64,000 nucleotides of DNA from Minisyncoccota bacterium. GTDB taxonomy: Bacteria; Patescibacteriota; Minisyncoccia; Phycocordibacterales; UBA2100. Numbering within the stretch: position 1 is the stretch's first letter; every line of letters begins with the position of its first letter. Made by a program: the position numbers and the translations under genes. The stretch lies in contig OZ253947.1 in NCBI GenBank assembly GCA_965267345.1, positions 266,814-330,813 of the forward strand. Direction: 5' to 3'. Under the pieces are notes generated by a model, which did no database searches, was not told where the DNA came from, and saw nothing but the letters and a program-made list of their open reading frames with translations. Below, piece after piece: positions 38,232 through 50,100 of this stretch.

Positions 38232-39404
38232 ATGAGTGCGCGCCTAACACGTTATTTTCTTACCACAAGCTTTTTTGCACTACTGATGGTGTGTGTGAGT
38301 CTGCCTACCCTAGCACAGGCGCAAACACTTCCAACCGGCGTTATTGCGCAGCAGCACTGCGGCACTGCTTCTGTTGATATTCGCAGCTACGGTGCCGGTC
38401 TGATGATGCAGTTCGAGGCACCTGAGATTCAAAATCCACGCGTTGCTGTGCGCGATGCAGCGGCCGATTGCGTTGCTATTTCATGGGAGACAAACATGCC
38501 GGCCGCAGTGCAGATTATCTACGCCGAAGCAGCTGCAGAGCCTGTTTCGATTGATCTTGATGCGGAATACTTCGGGTACCCACATGCAACACCGCAAAAT
38601 AACTCGGGTGAGGCGATGCACACTGCAATCCTTGAGGGTCTTGAGGCGGGCACCACGTATACGTATCGCATCGTGACGCGCGCCCACCCAACAGCACCAC
38701 CGCGCATCGGCGACGTGCGTACGGTTACTATTGCCCCAAGTGCACCATCACCGGTGCCGACCACCACGCCGGTGGCACCACCGCCATCGCAGTCGGTGCC
38801 ATCGCACGATTCGTCTGAAACCGCCACGCAGAGTGCTGAGACGCCATCTCGGGTACCCGAGATCGCTTCCGAGACCACCGCGACGACCACACCAGCGGAC
38901 AGTGATGCCACGACAACCACCACCAACGCTGTGCCGTCTGCACTTAACGCAGCGCGGGCAGGACTGGGGGCAGCACTACCTGAACGCGAGGCGCTGACGG
39001 GCTTGCTCAGCGGCTTCCGCGCGTTTGTTGTTGAGCCGCAGAATTTTGCCGAACTCACGCCACTGCGCTTTTTTGCTCATGATGACGTTATCGCGCCCGT
39101 ACTGTTGTTCATTGTCGTACTCTTGCTGATACAACATACCGTACAACCATTGACCGGTATCACTATTGAGAACAAAGCGCTGTACTGGCTTAGCGGTAGT
39201 GGTATTTTTGTTATCCTTGCTGCCGCAAGTGGCTACTACTACCTGACTTTTGTTGCCATTGCGCTGTTCCTCGCATTTCTTGCGTGGTACCTCATACGCG
39301 GCGTGCCTGACGCGTCACCTACGCAGCGTATTCCATTCATTGAATCGACCGGGAAGACCGCGGACGCGAATTCACGCAAAAAGGAACAGACGACTGCCCA
39401 GTAG
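38232..39404 (+). CDS. cell-surface protein: signal peptide, FN3/purple-acid-phosphatase-N-like domain, Pro/Thr-rich linker, C-terminal TM anchor
   Basis: AADCVAISWETNMPAAVQIIY...TTYTYRIVTRA; PT-rich low complexity; two C-terminal TM helices. Confidence 0.6.
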   Translation: MSARLTRYFLTTSFFALLMVCVSLPTLAQAQTLPTGVIAQQHCGTASVDIRSYGAGLMMQFEAPEIQNPRVAVRDAAADCVAISWETNMPAAVQIIYAEAAAEPVSIDLDAEYFGYPHATPQNNSGEAMHTAILEGLEAGTTYTYRIVTRAHPTAPPRIGDVRTVTIAPSAPSPVPTTTPVAPPPSQSVPSHDSSETATQSAETPSRVPEIASETTATTTPADSDATTTTTNAVPSALNAARAGLGAALPEREALTGLLSGFRAFVVEPQNFAELTPLRFFAHDDVIAPVLLFIVVLLLIQHTVQPLTGITIENKALYWLSGSGIFVILAAASGYYYLTFVAIALFLAFLAWYLIRGVPDASPTQRIPFIESTGKTADANSRKKEQTTAQ

Positions 39405-39485
39405 TATCTGGAAATGTCGCTGTGCTATGCTACAATGCGCGCGCCCTCGCGTTGCGACTCATGCGCGGCGGCGCATTGAAACGCT

Positions 39486-40304
39486 ATGGCAGCAGATACG
39501 ACTGACACACACGTGAACTCGGGTGACGCTACCGTCACGGCACATGCCGAAACTGCAAGCAGTGGCATCCATGTTACACTTGCACCGAAAGAGCTACTGA
39601 ATGTAGGTGGCCTTTCAATCACTAATACACTTTTCACTACATGGATTGTCATCGCACTACTTGTGTTGATGGCATTTTTTGTTGGACGCAACCTCCGTAT
39701 GGTTCCCGGCAAACTGCAGGTCGCGTTTGAGAGCTTTTTTGAATTCGTCCTCACGCAAATGACCGACATTCTGGAAAGCCGCACTATGGCGCGCCGCTTC
39801 TTTCCACTGATCGTCACGATTTTCCTCTTCATTCTTGCCGCGAATACACTCCATCTTGTACCGGGCGTTGGCTCCATTGGTTTTTTTCAGGAAACAGCAC
39901 ATGGCAACGTCTTTGCCCCGCTCTTGCGTAGCGTAAACACGGATTTAAATGCTACTATCGCGCTGACGATCATATCGTTCCTCACAATTGAGATCACCGG
40001 CGCACTTACCATCGGCTTCGTCCGCTACGCCGGCAAATTCCTCAACTTTAAGTCGGTACTTGGCTTTATTGTTGGGCTTATTGAGCTGATGAGTGAGGTG
40101 ATTCGCTTGGTTTCGTTTTCATTCCGTTTGTTTGGTAACATATTTGCGGGTAAAGTGCTCATAGGCGTGGTAATGTACTTCGTGCCCATTCTGTTACCCG
40201 TACCGGTTATGGGGTTTGAATTGTTTGTTGGCTTCGTGCAGGCGCTCATTTTTGCGCTCCTCACGCTGCTGTTTATTCGGTTGGCAGTAGTCGAACCACA
40301 CTAG
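39486..40304 (+). CDS. atpB: F0F1 ATP synthase subunit a
   Basis: conserved Arg in LVSFSFRLFGN; 5 TM; first gene of atpBEFHAGDC. Confidence 0.85.
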   Translation: MAADTTDTHVNSGDATVTAHAETASSGIHVTLAPKELLNVGGLSITNTLFTTWIVIALLVLMAFFVGRNLRMVPGKLQVAFESFFEFVLTQMTDILESRTMARRFFPLIVTIFLFILAANTLHLVPGVGSIGFFQETAHGNVFAPLLRSVNTDLNATIALTIISFLTIEITGALTIGFVRYAGKFLNFKSVLGFIVGLIELMSEVIRLVSFSFRLFGNIFAGKVLIGVVMYFVPILLPVPVMGFELFVGFVQALIFALLTLLFIRLAVVEPH

Positions 40305-40378
40305 TCGCTTATATGGCGCTTAGTGTGGCTCGATTATGTTTGAGAGTCGTGAGCATTAGTAATATAAGTAATTCATAA

Positions 40379-40609
<231 letters not shown>

Positions 40610-40627
40610 TCAACGCACACGCATCGT

Positions 40628-41077
40628 ATGGGTGAACTTTTTGCAACATTCGGAATCGACATTCAGTTGCTGATCGCGCAGATCATCAACTTCGGCATTT
40701 TGCTCGTGGCACTGTGGTACTTCCTGTACCGCCCCGTCATGAACATGCTCGAAGCGCGACAGGAAAAAATCAAATCGGGTGTCGCTGATGCCGAAAAAGC
40801 ACAAGAGCGCCTACACGAAATTGAAAGCGAACGCGACAGCATTATCACTGAGGCAACACACTCGGCTGAAGCACTTGTCGCCACGTCAAAAACGCGCGCA
40901 CAGGAGCAGGCGGGTGAGATTATCGGCGCCGCAAATACTCGCGCCGAACACATTGTCACGGACGCACAGCAGCGCGCCAATGATGCCAAAGAAACAGCGC
41001 TTCGTGAGAGCCGCGAAGAAATTGGCAAAGCTGCAATCCTCGCCGCAGAGAAAATTCTGCGCGATAAGCAATCATAG
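40628..41077 (+). CDS. atpF: F0F1 ATP synthase subunit b
   Basis: single TM then long charged helix. Confidence 0.8.
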   Translation: MGELFATFGIDIQLLIAQIINFGILLVALWYFLYRPVMNMLEARQEKIKSGVADAEKAQERLHEIESERDSIITEATHSAEALVATSKTRAQEQAGEIIGAANTRAEHIVTDAQQRANDAKETALRESREEIGKAAILAAEKILRDKQS

Positions 41078-41079
41078 GT

Positions 41080-41460
41080 ATGCCCGCTGAGTACGCACAG
41101 GCACTTATCATCGCACAGCGCAACGGCGTTGCTGCTGATGATGCGGTGCAGCGACTCATTGCACTGTTGCAGCGCCACGGAAAGCTCAAAGCGCTACCCG
41201 CCATTGTCCGCGAGCTGGAGCACCACGTAGCACAGCGCGCTGCCGATGCACCGACATTGACCGTTGCCACTGCAGCACACGCGAGTGATGCACGAACGCA
41301 ATTGGCACTACACTTTGGCGACGAGCGCGCATCGACCGTGGCCACCGCAACAGACGATACACTGATTGGCGGTTGGCGATACCGCGACAGCGACACGCTC
41401 ATCGACGCCAGTTACAAACACGCACTGATTACCCTTTACAAGCGCATAGTCACCACCTAA
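41080..41460 (+). CDS. atpH: F0F1 ATP synthase subunit delta (OSCP)
   Basis: position between atpF and atpA; OSCP-like helical protein. Confidence 0.7.
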   Translation: MPAEYAQALIIAQRNGVAADDAVQRLIALLQRHGKLKALPAIVRELEHHVAQRAADAPTLTVATAAHASDARTQLALHFGDERASTVATATDDTLIGGWRYRDSDTLIDASYKHALITLYKRIVTT

Positions 41461-41474
41461 TTAGCACACGCAGT

Positions 41475-43055
41475 ATGGATACGCTTATTATCGACAAAAT
41501 AAAACGCGAAATAGAGAAGTTCGAACCGACGGTTGATGTTGAAAAAGTTGGCCGCGTCGTACGAGTTGGCGACGGAGTTGCCGAACTCGAAGGGCTTGAG
41601 CAAGCCATGATGGGCGAAATGGTCCTATTTGATGACGGTGCCGACAAAGATCTCGAGGCAGCAATGGCGCACACTGATGCGCTCTATGGCCTTGTCCTCA
41701 ACCTTGAGGAACACAGCGTTAAGGTGGTGGTACTTGGTGACGTTAGTCGTGTGCACGAAGGCATGCTGGTGAAAAGCACCGGCCGCATTCTCTCGATTCC
41801 TGTCGGTGACGCACTGCTAGGACGCGTCGTGAGCACACTTGCCGAACCACTGGACGGCAAGGGTACACTAAAGACTGAAAAGCGACTGCCGATTGAGCGC
41901 GAGGCCTACGGGGTGATTGATCGTAAATCGGTTGATACGCCGCTCCACACCGGTATTAAAGCCATTGACTCAATGGTGCCGATTGGTCGCGGTCAGCGTG
42001 AGCTCATTATTGGTGACCGCTTTACGGGTAAGACGACCATTGGTATCGACACGATTCTCAACCAAAAACACGAACCGGAACACTCACGCCCGATTTGTAT
42101 TTATGTCGCCATCGGCCAGAAGGAGTCGAAGACCGCGCGTATTGTGGCGCAACTCGAAGAAGCAGGAGCAATGGAATACACCATTGTGGTATCGGCACCG
42201 GCATCGGCACCGGCCGCACTGCAATTCCTTGCGCCATTTGCCGGCGCAACTATCGGCGAATACTTCATGGAGTCAGGACGCGATGCACTGGTGATTTACG
42301 ACGACCTGTCAAAGCAGGCTGTTGCGTATCGCCAAATGTCGCTGCTGCTGCGCCGCCCACCAGGACGTGAGGCGTATCCAGGTGACATTTTCTACCTCCA
42401 CTCACGACTACTCGAACGTGCCGCGAAACTCTCAGACGAGAAGGGCGGCGGCTCGCTCACAGCGCTCCCGATTATTGAAACGCAGGAAGGTGACGTGTCG
42501 GCGTATATTCCGACAAACGTCATTTCAATTACCGACGGACAAATTTTCCTCGACGCAGGGCTCTTCAACAAGGGAACCCGTCCGTCGATCGACGTCGGTA
42601 ACTCAGTATCGCGTGTCGGCTCCAGCGCACAGACCAAAGCGATGAAGAAGGTTGGGGGCTCGATCCGTATTGAGCTTGCCCAATTCCGTGAACTCGAAGC
42701 TTTTATGCAGTTTGCGCAGGATCTCGACGAGGCAACGAAGAAGCGTATCGAATCAGGACGCCGCATGACGGCACTGCTGAACCAGAAGAAGGGTGAACCG
42801 CTGCCGTTCCAGAATCAGGTGGTATCAATTTACGCCGGTATTAACGGACTCTTCACCGACGCACCTGTTGAGAACGTGAGTGAGGTTGAAGCCGCATGGC
42901 TCGACTACCTGCACACACACTACGGCACGACACTTGAGCAAATTCGCGACACGGGGAAACTGGAAGACGACACAACAACTGCACTTGATGAAGCAATGGC
43001 TGCATTTACCACCGCATACAAGGAAGAGTTCTTCACCACTGACACTGAATCATAA
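41475..43055 (+). CDS. atpA: F0F1 ATP synthase subunit alpha
   Basis: Start at [13 protein letters not shown]; Walker [10 protein letters not shown]. Confidence 0.95.
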   Translation: MDTLIIDKIKREIEKFEPTVDVEKVGRVVRVGDGVAELEGLEQAMMGEMVLFDDGADKDLEAAMAHTDALYGLVLNLEEHSVKVVVLGDVSRVHEGMLVKSTGRILSIPVGDALLGRVVSTLAEPLDGKGTLKTEKRLPIEREAYGVIDRKSVDTPLHTGIKAIDSMVPIGRGQRELIIGDRFTGKTTIGIDTILNQKHEPEHSRPICIYVAIGQKESKTARIVAQLEEAGAMEYTIVVSAPASAPAALQFLAPFAGATIGEYFMESGRDALVIYDDLSKQAVAYRQMSLLLRRPPGREAYPGDIFYLHSRLLERAAKLSDEKGGGSLTALPIIETQEGDVSAYIPTNVISITDGQIFLDAGLFNKGTRPSIDVGNSVSRVGSSAQTKAMKKVGGSIRIELAQFRELEAFMQFAQDLDEATKKRIESGRRMTALLNQKKGEPLPFQNQVVSIYAGINGLFTDAPVENVSEVEAAWLDYLHTHYGTTLEQIRDTGKLEDDTTTALDEAMAAFTTAYKEEFFTTDTES

Positions 43056-43061
43056 ACTCGT

Positions 43062-43979
43062 ATGGCTGGCCTTAAGCAACTCAAAACCAAACGTCAATCG
43101 ATTACCAAAACACGCAAGGTAACGCGTGCGATGGAAGCGGTGTCGGCGGTAAAGATGCGCAAGAGTCAAGAGCGGGCACTGGGCGGCCGACCGTATGCAC
43201 TCGGAGCGCTGCGCATCCTACATCGATTGGCAGGAAGCATTGACGGTCGCGACCACACACTGGCGACCCCACGCGAAACTGGGGTGCGCGGCGTGATACT
43301 CATCACTAGCGACAAGGGACTCGCCGGCTCGCTCAACAGCGCTGTCATTAAAAAGACAGACGCATTTGTGACTGAGGCACAGCGCAATAATGAAAAAGTG
43401 CTCTTCCTGTGCATTGGTCGTCGTGGGCATGATTATGCGCGCGCCCGCGGATTCGACGTACTCTGGTACGAAGAAAACAAGAGCGACGCCGTGCGTGAAT
43501 CGGACATGGACACGTTGACGCAGAAAGCACTCGAGCTGCACACCGACGGCACCACACGTGATTGGCATCTTTTTTACACCAATTTCCGCTCAACGTTTGA
43601 GCAACAGCCACAACGTCGTGTGCTGTTGCCGCTCACCCAAACCGCACTCGACGAGGTGATCACCGGTATTCTGCCTGAAGAAGGTAAGTACGCTGATGAG
43701 CAGGAAAGCACGCCACACGCGGATGCGTTTACTATCGAGCCGTCACCTGAGGCAGTGCTCGATGCCATCATTCCGTCGCTGATTAATGTTATGGTGTACC
43801 ACGCACTGCTTGAGGCAAAAGCTTCAGAGCACTCAGCGCGCATGGTTGCCATGAAGAACGCAACGGACAAGGCAGGCGAACTGTCACACGAATTGATGCT
43901 GAAAATAAACAAAGCACGCCAGGCGCTCATTACGCGCGAAGTGAGTGAAATTACCAGTGGTATAGAAGCAATGAAATAG
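43062..43979 (+). CDS. atpG: F0F1 ATP synthase subunit gamma
   Basis: MAGLKQLKTKRQSITKTRKVTRAMEAVSAVKMRK... ITSGIEAMK. Confidence 0.85.
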   Translation: MAGLKQLKTKRQSITKTRKVTRAMEAVSAVKMRKSQERALGGRPYALGALRILHRLAGSIDGRDHTLATPRETGVRGVILITSDKGLAGSLNSAVIKKTDAFVTEAQRNNEKVLFLCIGRRGHDYARARGFDVLWYEENKSDAVRESDMDTLTQKALELHTDGTTRDWHLFYTNFRSTFEQQPQRRVLLPLTQTALDEVITGILPEEGKYADEQESTPHADAFTIEPSPEAVLDAIIPSLINVMVYHALLEAKASEHSARMVAMKNATDKAGELSHELMLKINKARQALITREVSEITSGIEAMK

Positions 43980-43982
43980 CAT

Positions 43983-44339
43983 ATGAATGAACAACCAAAC
44001 TTTGAAAGAGGAAGCGACGCAAAAATTGAACACGATGCAAGCCTGATATGGGATTCCATGCTCACAGAATTTACAACGCTTGCGAATGGGCACGGACTTG
44101 GTGACGAAGTGCAAAAGATCTGCTTAGAGTCCGCACATACTTTCTTTACTAGACATATCGAAGCACAGAAAGAGAAGGCCGAGCACTTAAGTCCAGTGGA
44201 GTGGAAGACGCGTGCTGCACGAAGTATGTTTGAAGCAATGCACAAGCTCTACACCTCACCAGGAGCGACGCCGACGGACACAACAAAGCGTATGATGGCA
44301 TTGTGGAAAGCGACCTTCTTAGAAAACGAAACACGATAA
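43983..44339 (+). CDS. hypothetical protein inserted between atpG and atpD (118 aa)
   Basis: uninterrupted ORF, AT-richer than neighbours, no recognisable family. Confidence 0.5.
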   Translation: MNEQPNFERGSDAKIEHDASLIWDSMLTEFTTLANGHGLGDEVQKICLESAHTFFTRHIEAQKEKAEHLSPVEWKTRAARSMFEAMHKLYTSPGATPTDTTKRMMALWKATFLENETR

Positions 44340-44349
44340 CGATAATTAA

Positions 44350-45726
<1,377 letters not shown>

Positions 45727-45731
45727 TCACT

Positions 45732-45989
45732 ATGGCGGCAAACACGTTTACACTACAGGTGGTAACGGTCACAGATGCGCTGTTTGACGGTGACGCGCAG
45801 GCGTTGACCTGTCGCAATGAAAATGGTCAGATGACCGTCCTACCACATCACGAACCATTTATCACGCGCCTCGTCGCCGGAGAGCTCGTGGTGCGTGACG
45901 ATGCGGGACGTGCGCAGTCATTTACCATTCAGGGCGGCGTTCTTGAAGTCGCCGACAACAAAGCTGTGGTACTCTGCACCCATGAGTAA
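45732..45989 (+). CDS. atpC: F0F1 ATP synthase subunit epsilon (N-terminal beta-sandwich only)
   Basis: 85 aa; last gene of operon. Confidence 0.75.
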   Translation: MAANTFTLQVVTVTDALFDGDAQALTCRNENGQMTVLPHHEPFITRLVAGELVVRDDAGRAQSFTIQGGVLEVADNKAVVLCTHE

Positions 45990-46293
45990 ACGCTTTACGC
46001 GTGTCATTGAAGATTTTGAATGTGAACGTTGCGGCACCCCCGTAATGGGGAGCGGGTATACGAATCACTGCCCAACGTGTTTGTGGAGCAAACATGTTGA
46101 TGTGTATCCCGGTGATCGTGCTGCCTCGTGTGGCGGCATGATGGAACCGGTCGCGATTGAAGGGGCGAGTGGTGACTACCAGATTCTCCACCGCTGTGGG
46201 GTGTGCGGCCACGAAAAGCGCAACGGACTTTCACACTACGATTCGCACGAGCGCGCGATTGCTATTGTCGAATACAACGCACGCAATGCCTAA
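45982..46293 (+). CDS. RNHCP-domain zinc-ribbon protein
   Basis: FECERCGTPV...YTNHCPTCLWSKHVDVYPGDRAASCGGMM...HRCGVCGHEK matches the RNHCP signature; ATG overlaps the atpC stop (ATGAGTAA). Confidence 0.7.
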   Translation: MSKRFTRVIEDFECERCGTPVMGSGYTNHCPTCLWSKHVDVYPGDRAASCGGMMEPVAIEGASGDYQILHRCGVCGHEKRNGLSHYDSHERAIAIVEYNARNA

Positions 46294-46298
46294 AGCAA

Positions 46299-46332
46299 AA
46301 GTCCACATTCTCACTTTTGGGAATGTGGACTT
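46299..46332. terminator. bidirectional hairpin AAGTCCACATTC-(loop)-GAATGTGGACTT
   Basis: perfect 12 bp arms between the convergent RNHCP gene and a minus-strand small gene. Confidence 0.55.
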
Positions 46333-46352
46333 GTTTGACCTGCAGAGTTGGC

Positions 46353-46583
46353 TCAGCACTTCTTGCTCAGCAGCCGAGCCATTTCGCTATTCAGTGCTGG
46401 ATCGGCTTCCGTATCCTGGAGCATCGTGCCCATATCCTCTGCAATGTGCGCCGTGCTGGGTAAATGACGTGCTAGACTAAGCCACCGTGCGAGTTTGGGA
46501 TATTCCTGGCGCAGCTCCTTCTCTGATTTGTCCGCAGCGATGCGAAGTGCCTCACCAGCTTCAGATGCAGAAAATTTTTTCAT
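46353..46583 (-). CDS. hypothetical small helical protein (76 aa)
   Basis: ATG preceded by AGGAGG at ideal spacing; MKKFSASEAGEALRIAADKSEKELRQEYPKLARWLSLARHL... Confidence 0.5.
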   Translation of the reverse strand: MKKFSASEAGEALRIAADKSEKELRQEYPKLARWLSLARHLPSTAHIAEDMGTMLQDTEADPALNSEMARLLSKKC

Positions 46584-46735
46584 GCGGACCTCCTTTGCAT
46601 GATCCATCGTGACAATCTCAAAAATATGTATAACTGTCAAGAAAAAGCTTGATGCGACGCGGTGCCTGAATGACCCAAAATGCCATACTGCACCGTGGAT
46701 TTTGTTCAATCAAAAAGAGAAAGGAGGGAAGAGAA

Positions 46736-46936
46736 ATGTCAGAACGCAATACGCATCACGACACCTTTCTCCCCGACATCCCCGTTGACCCAGAGTATCC
46801 GTCCGATGGCATACGTCCTACCGATGCGCTTATGAGTATCGACGCATTGCTGCGAGACCTGAAGGACGAGCCGTATCAGCAGGCGGCGCTGGCACGTTCG
46901 TTGGAGCTTATTGCGAAAGATGCCGCAGGAACGTAG
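46736..46936 (+). CDS. hypothetical small acidic protein (66 aa)
   Basis: ATG preceded by AAAGGAGGG; MSERNTHHDTFLPDIPVDPEYPSDGIRPTDALMSIDALLRDLKDEPYQQAALARSLELIAKDAAGT. Confidence 0.5.
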   Translation: MSERNTHHDTFLPDIPVDPEYPSDGIRPTDALMSIDALLRDLKDEPYQQAALARSLELIAKDAAGT

Positions 46937-47072
46937 TGCAGTCATGACTTCCTTGCGCATTCAGGCAAGCATGGAGCCGGCACGTCCGCCAATTCCAAAA
47001 GCGACGCGGCATGTCAGAGGGTCAAAGCTCGGTGGACGCCATACTGGATCACTACTGAGTTGACGAGAAATA

Positions 47073-47104
47073 AAACAGGCCCGCACACGTGTGCGAGCCT
47101 GTTT
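47073..47104. terminator. long hairpin AAACAGGC-CGCACACGTGTGCG-GCCTGTTT, terminator for the RND operon on the minus strand (T-rich on minus side)
   Basis: read directly; 11 nt downstream of the RND stop. Confidence 0.55.
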
Positions 47105-47114
47105 GCTTATATGC

Positions 47115-50100
47115 TTAGTTGAGTGTTCCCGGCCAGCGGGCATAGATCGCCGGCACTAACAGCAAGGTAATTATGGTTGAGAAAGCGAGACCAAACATAA
47201 TCGCATACGCCAACGGTACCCAAATAGCAGCAGCGAAGAGCAGCGGCATGATACCGACAACCGTCGTAAGCGCAGTGAGTACGACAGGGCGCAGGCGCGA
47301 TGTACTGCCTTGGACGACGATATCGGCAATACTCTGATCAGCTGTAGCGTTTCGGCGAACGCTGTTTATTGTATCAATGAGAATAATTGAGTTATTAACC
47401 ACAATACCCGACAGAGCGATAAATCCCATCATAGACGGGAAGGAAAGTGGGCTTCCCGTAAGCATGAGTCCTGCAAACACACCGATCAGTGCTAACGGTA
47501 CAATCATCAGAACGTACGTTGCGTAGCGGAAGGAATTAAACTGAAGGACAAGAATACCAAACATTGAAATCAGACCGAGCCCGAGTGCGACAAACATGTC
47601 TTGGAATGACTGGTCAACATCCTCGCTCTCGCCACCGATTGAAATACTCACACCGTCAGGAAGCACCGCCGTATCGAGTTGCTCCTGTAGCTCACCGGCA
47701 ATGACCAGTGCATTACCCCCCTCGGCAACAGCAGCAGAGAGCGTTGCGATCCGCTCACCGCCTTTGTGGCGAATGGTGGCACGACTCTGCTCAACATGCG
47801 TGGTGACAAAGGTTCCGAGTGGCACACGGTTGCCGGCGGCGGTAGTGACTTCAATTTGCTTCAGTGCATCAATTGTCGTGGCATTGGTATCAAACGGACG
47901 ACTGTCAGGCACATCGCTCACCGCGAGCCGCGCCACAATTTGGATATCGTCGCCGAGCTTTTTAATTTCCGTTGTGTCTTCGCCAAAGAGCGTTGCGCGC
48001 AATGTTTGTGCAATCTGTGTCGTGCTCACGCCCTGCGCTACCATTTCGGGACGATTGATGGTAAAGACGAATTCGTTGGTGCTTCCTTTGGTTGATGACG
48101 TGACTTCAGTGGTGCCCTCAATGCCGATCAAAATATCCTCGACAACGAGTGCCGCACGATCGAGATCCTCAAGGCTTTCGCTGCTGAGTGTCACGCCAAT
48201 TGGCGCAGCTGACGGCGGGCCGTCGCTCAGTTGGTCAACACGCATTGTTGATGTTGTGATGCCCTGTAGTTGCTGACGAATGGCATTGACGACTTCCACA
48301 CTCGTGCGATCACGGTCGTCACGCAGCGTAATGAAGATGTTGCCGAAGCGTTCACCGCTTGCAGCGCCGGATGTCGGGTCAGCGTAGGCGCTGCCGCTGC
48401 CGACCGTCGTAACGAACGACGCCACTTCGGGGATGCCATAAAGTATCTCCTCTGCCTTACGCACCTCCAAATCAGTTGCCGACAATACCGTACCGACAGG
48501 GAGTTCGGTTTCAACAAAAATGTAGTCAGCGTCAGAATCTTCAAAAAAGACAACGCGCACGGCACCGACAACAGGGAGCGCCAACGAAAGCACGAACAGC
48601 ACGCTCAGTGTCACGAAGAGAATGTTCTGTAATTCGCGCGACTCAAGAAACAGACGTAGCTTCCCGCGATACCACTCCTCGACGCGATGGATGTAGGTAT
48701 CACGCATGCGGCTTACCACATTGTCACCATGTTCACCGCGTCGCAGCAAGCGCGTGGCAAACAGTGGGACAAATCCTAGCGCAACCAGCAGTGAGGCAGA
48801 CAATACGAAGATAATGGTGAAGGGGATGCTGGCAATAAACTCACCGGTAATGCCCGAGACGAGAAACAGTGGCGCAAACACAGCCACCGTCGTCATCGTA
48901 CCGGCAGTGAGTGGAATATGAAATTCACGCACGGCACCAAGAGCCGCACCCGCCTTCTTTTGTTCCCGCGCATGTTCATCCTCATCCGTAGTGCGCTGCA
49001 TGGTGCGCAGACGACGGTTAATAGCCTCAACAACCACGATCGTCGAGTCGACGATAATACCAATGGAGAGAATGAGCGCAAACAAACTGACGAAGTTAAT
49101 GGTGTTACCCGAATAGTAGAGACCAATAAATGCCACGAGAAATGACAGCGGGATTGATATCGCTGCAATCAGTGCTTCACGCCACCCGACCGCAAGTGCG
49201 AGCACTAGTGTGACCAATAGCACGGTCTGCACGCCACTGCCACTGAGCGTCTGCAATTCAGTTTTAAGTTCTTCACCGGCGTCAAATTCAACCAGTACCT
49301 GCATGCCGTCAAGAAGCTCACCCTGCTGTTGCAGTTCAGTCAGTCGCTCGCGCACATTCGTGCTCACATCGGTAATCTTTGCACCCGAAGCTTTGTAGAC
49401 TTCAAAAGAGATTGAATCGATAGATGGCTCGCCGTCAATGCTACTGCGGCTGAGTGTTGTCGACTCAGCACGTCCGTCGACGACACGTGCGACATCACGA
49501 ACGTATACAGGGCTTCCACCGACTGACAAAATAGCAATATCGCCAATAGTTGCCGTATCGGTAATGTCACCTGAGAGCCGAACAGGGAATTGCGCCTGAT
49601 CAACTTCAATTGAACCGAGTGGCGTTGCGACGTTTGCTGCAGCAATTGCACGGGTGACATCTGACACCGTCAGTCCACGTTGCACGAGCGCATCATGATC
49701 AATCACCACCGTGACCTCACGCGACTCGATACCGCCCGTAGTGACTGACGAGACACCACGCACCGACTCGAGCTCTTCTTCAAGCTCTTCGCCAATTTGA
49801 TACAACAGCTCCTGTGGAATCGTGGCGGCAAGCGTTGCGGTCACCACCGGCTGATCAGCGAAGTCAATTTGCAGCACGCGCGGGTCGGTTGCATCGTCCG
49901 GCAAATCGCCCTTGAGTGTCTCAACTTCGTTGCGCACCGAACGCACTGAGTCATCAATGTCGGCATTTGCATTAAATTCAATCGTGATCGTCGATACGCC
50001 TTCGCTTGATTGCGACGTAATTTCATTAACGTTCTCAAGGCGGCTCTGCAACGGCGACTCGAGTACGTTCGTGACAAGCGTCTCCACTTCCTCAGGTGAG

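Noticed and set aside
38519-39058. 179 aa minus-strand ORF antisense to the PT-rich linker of the surface protein
   Set aside because: Mirror image of a low-complexity PT-coding repeat. No start context.
41373-41474. N-terminal extension of atpA overlapping atpH
   Set aside because: Conserved alpha-subunit start MDTLII is at 41475. The extension would overlap delta by 88 nt.
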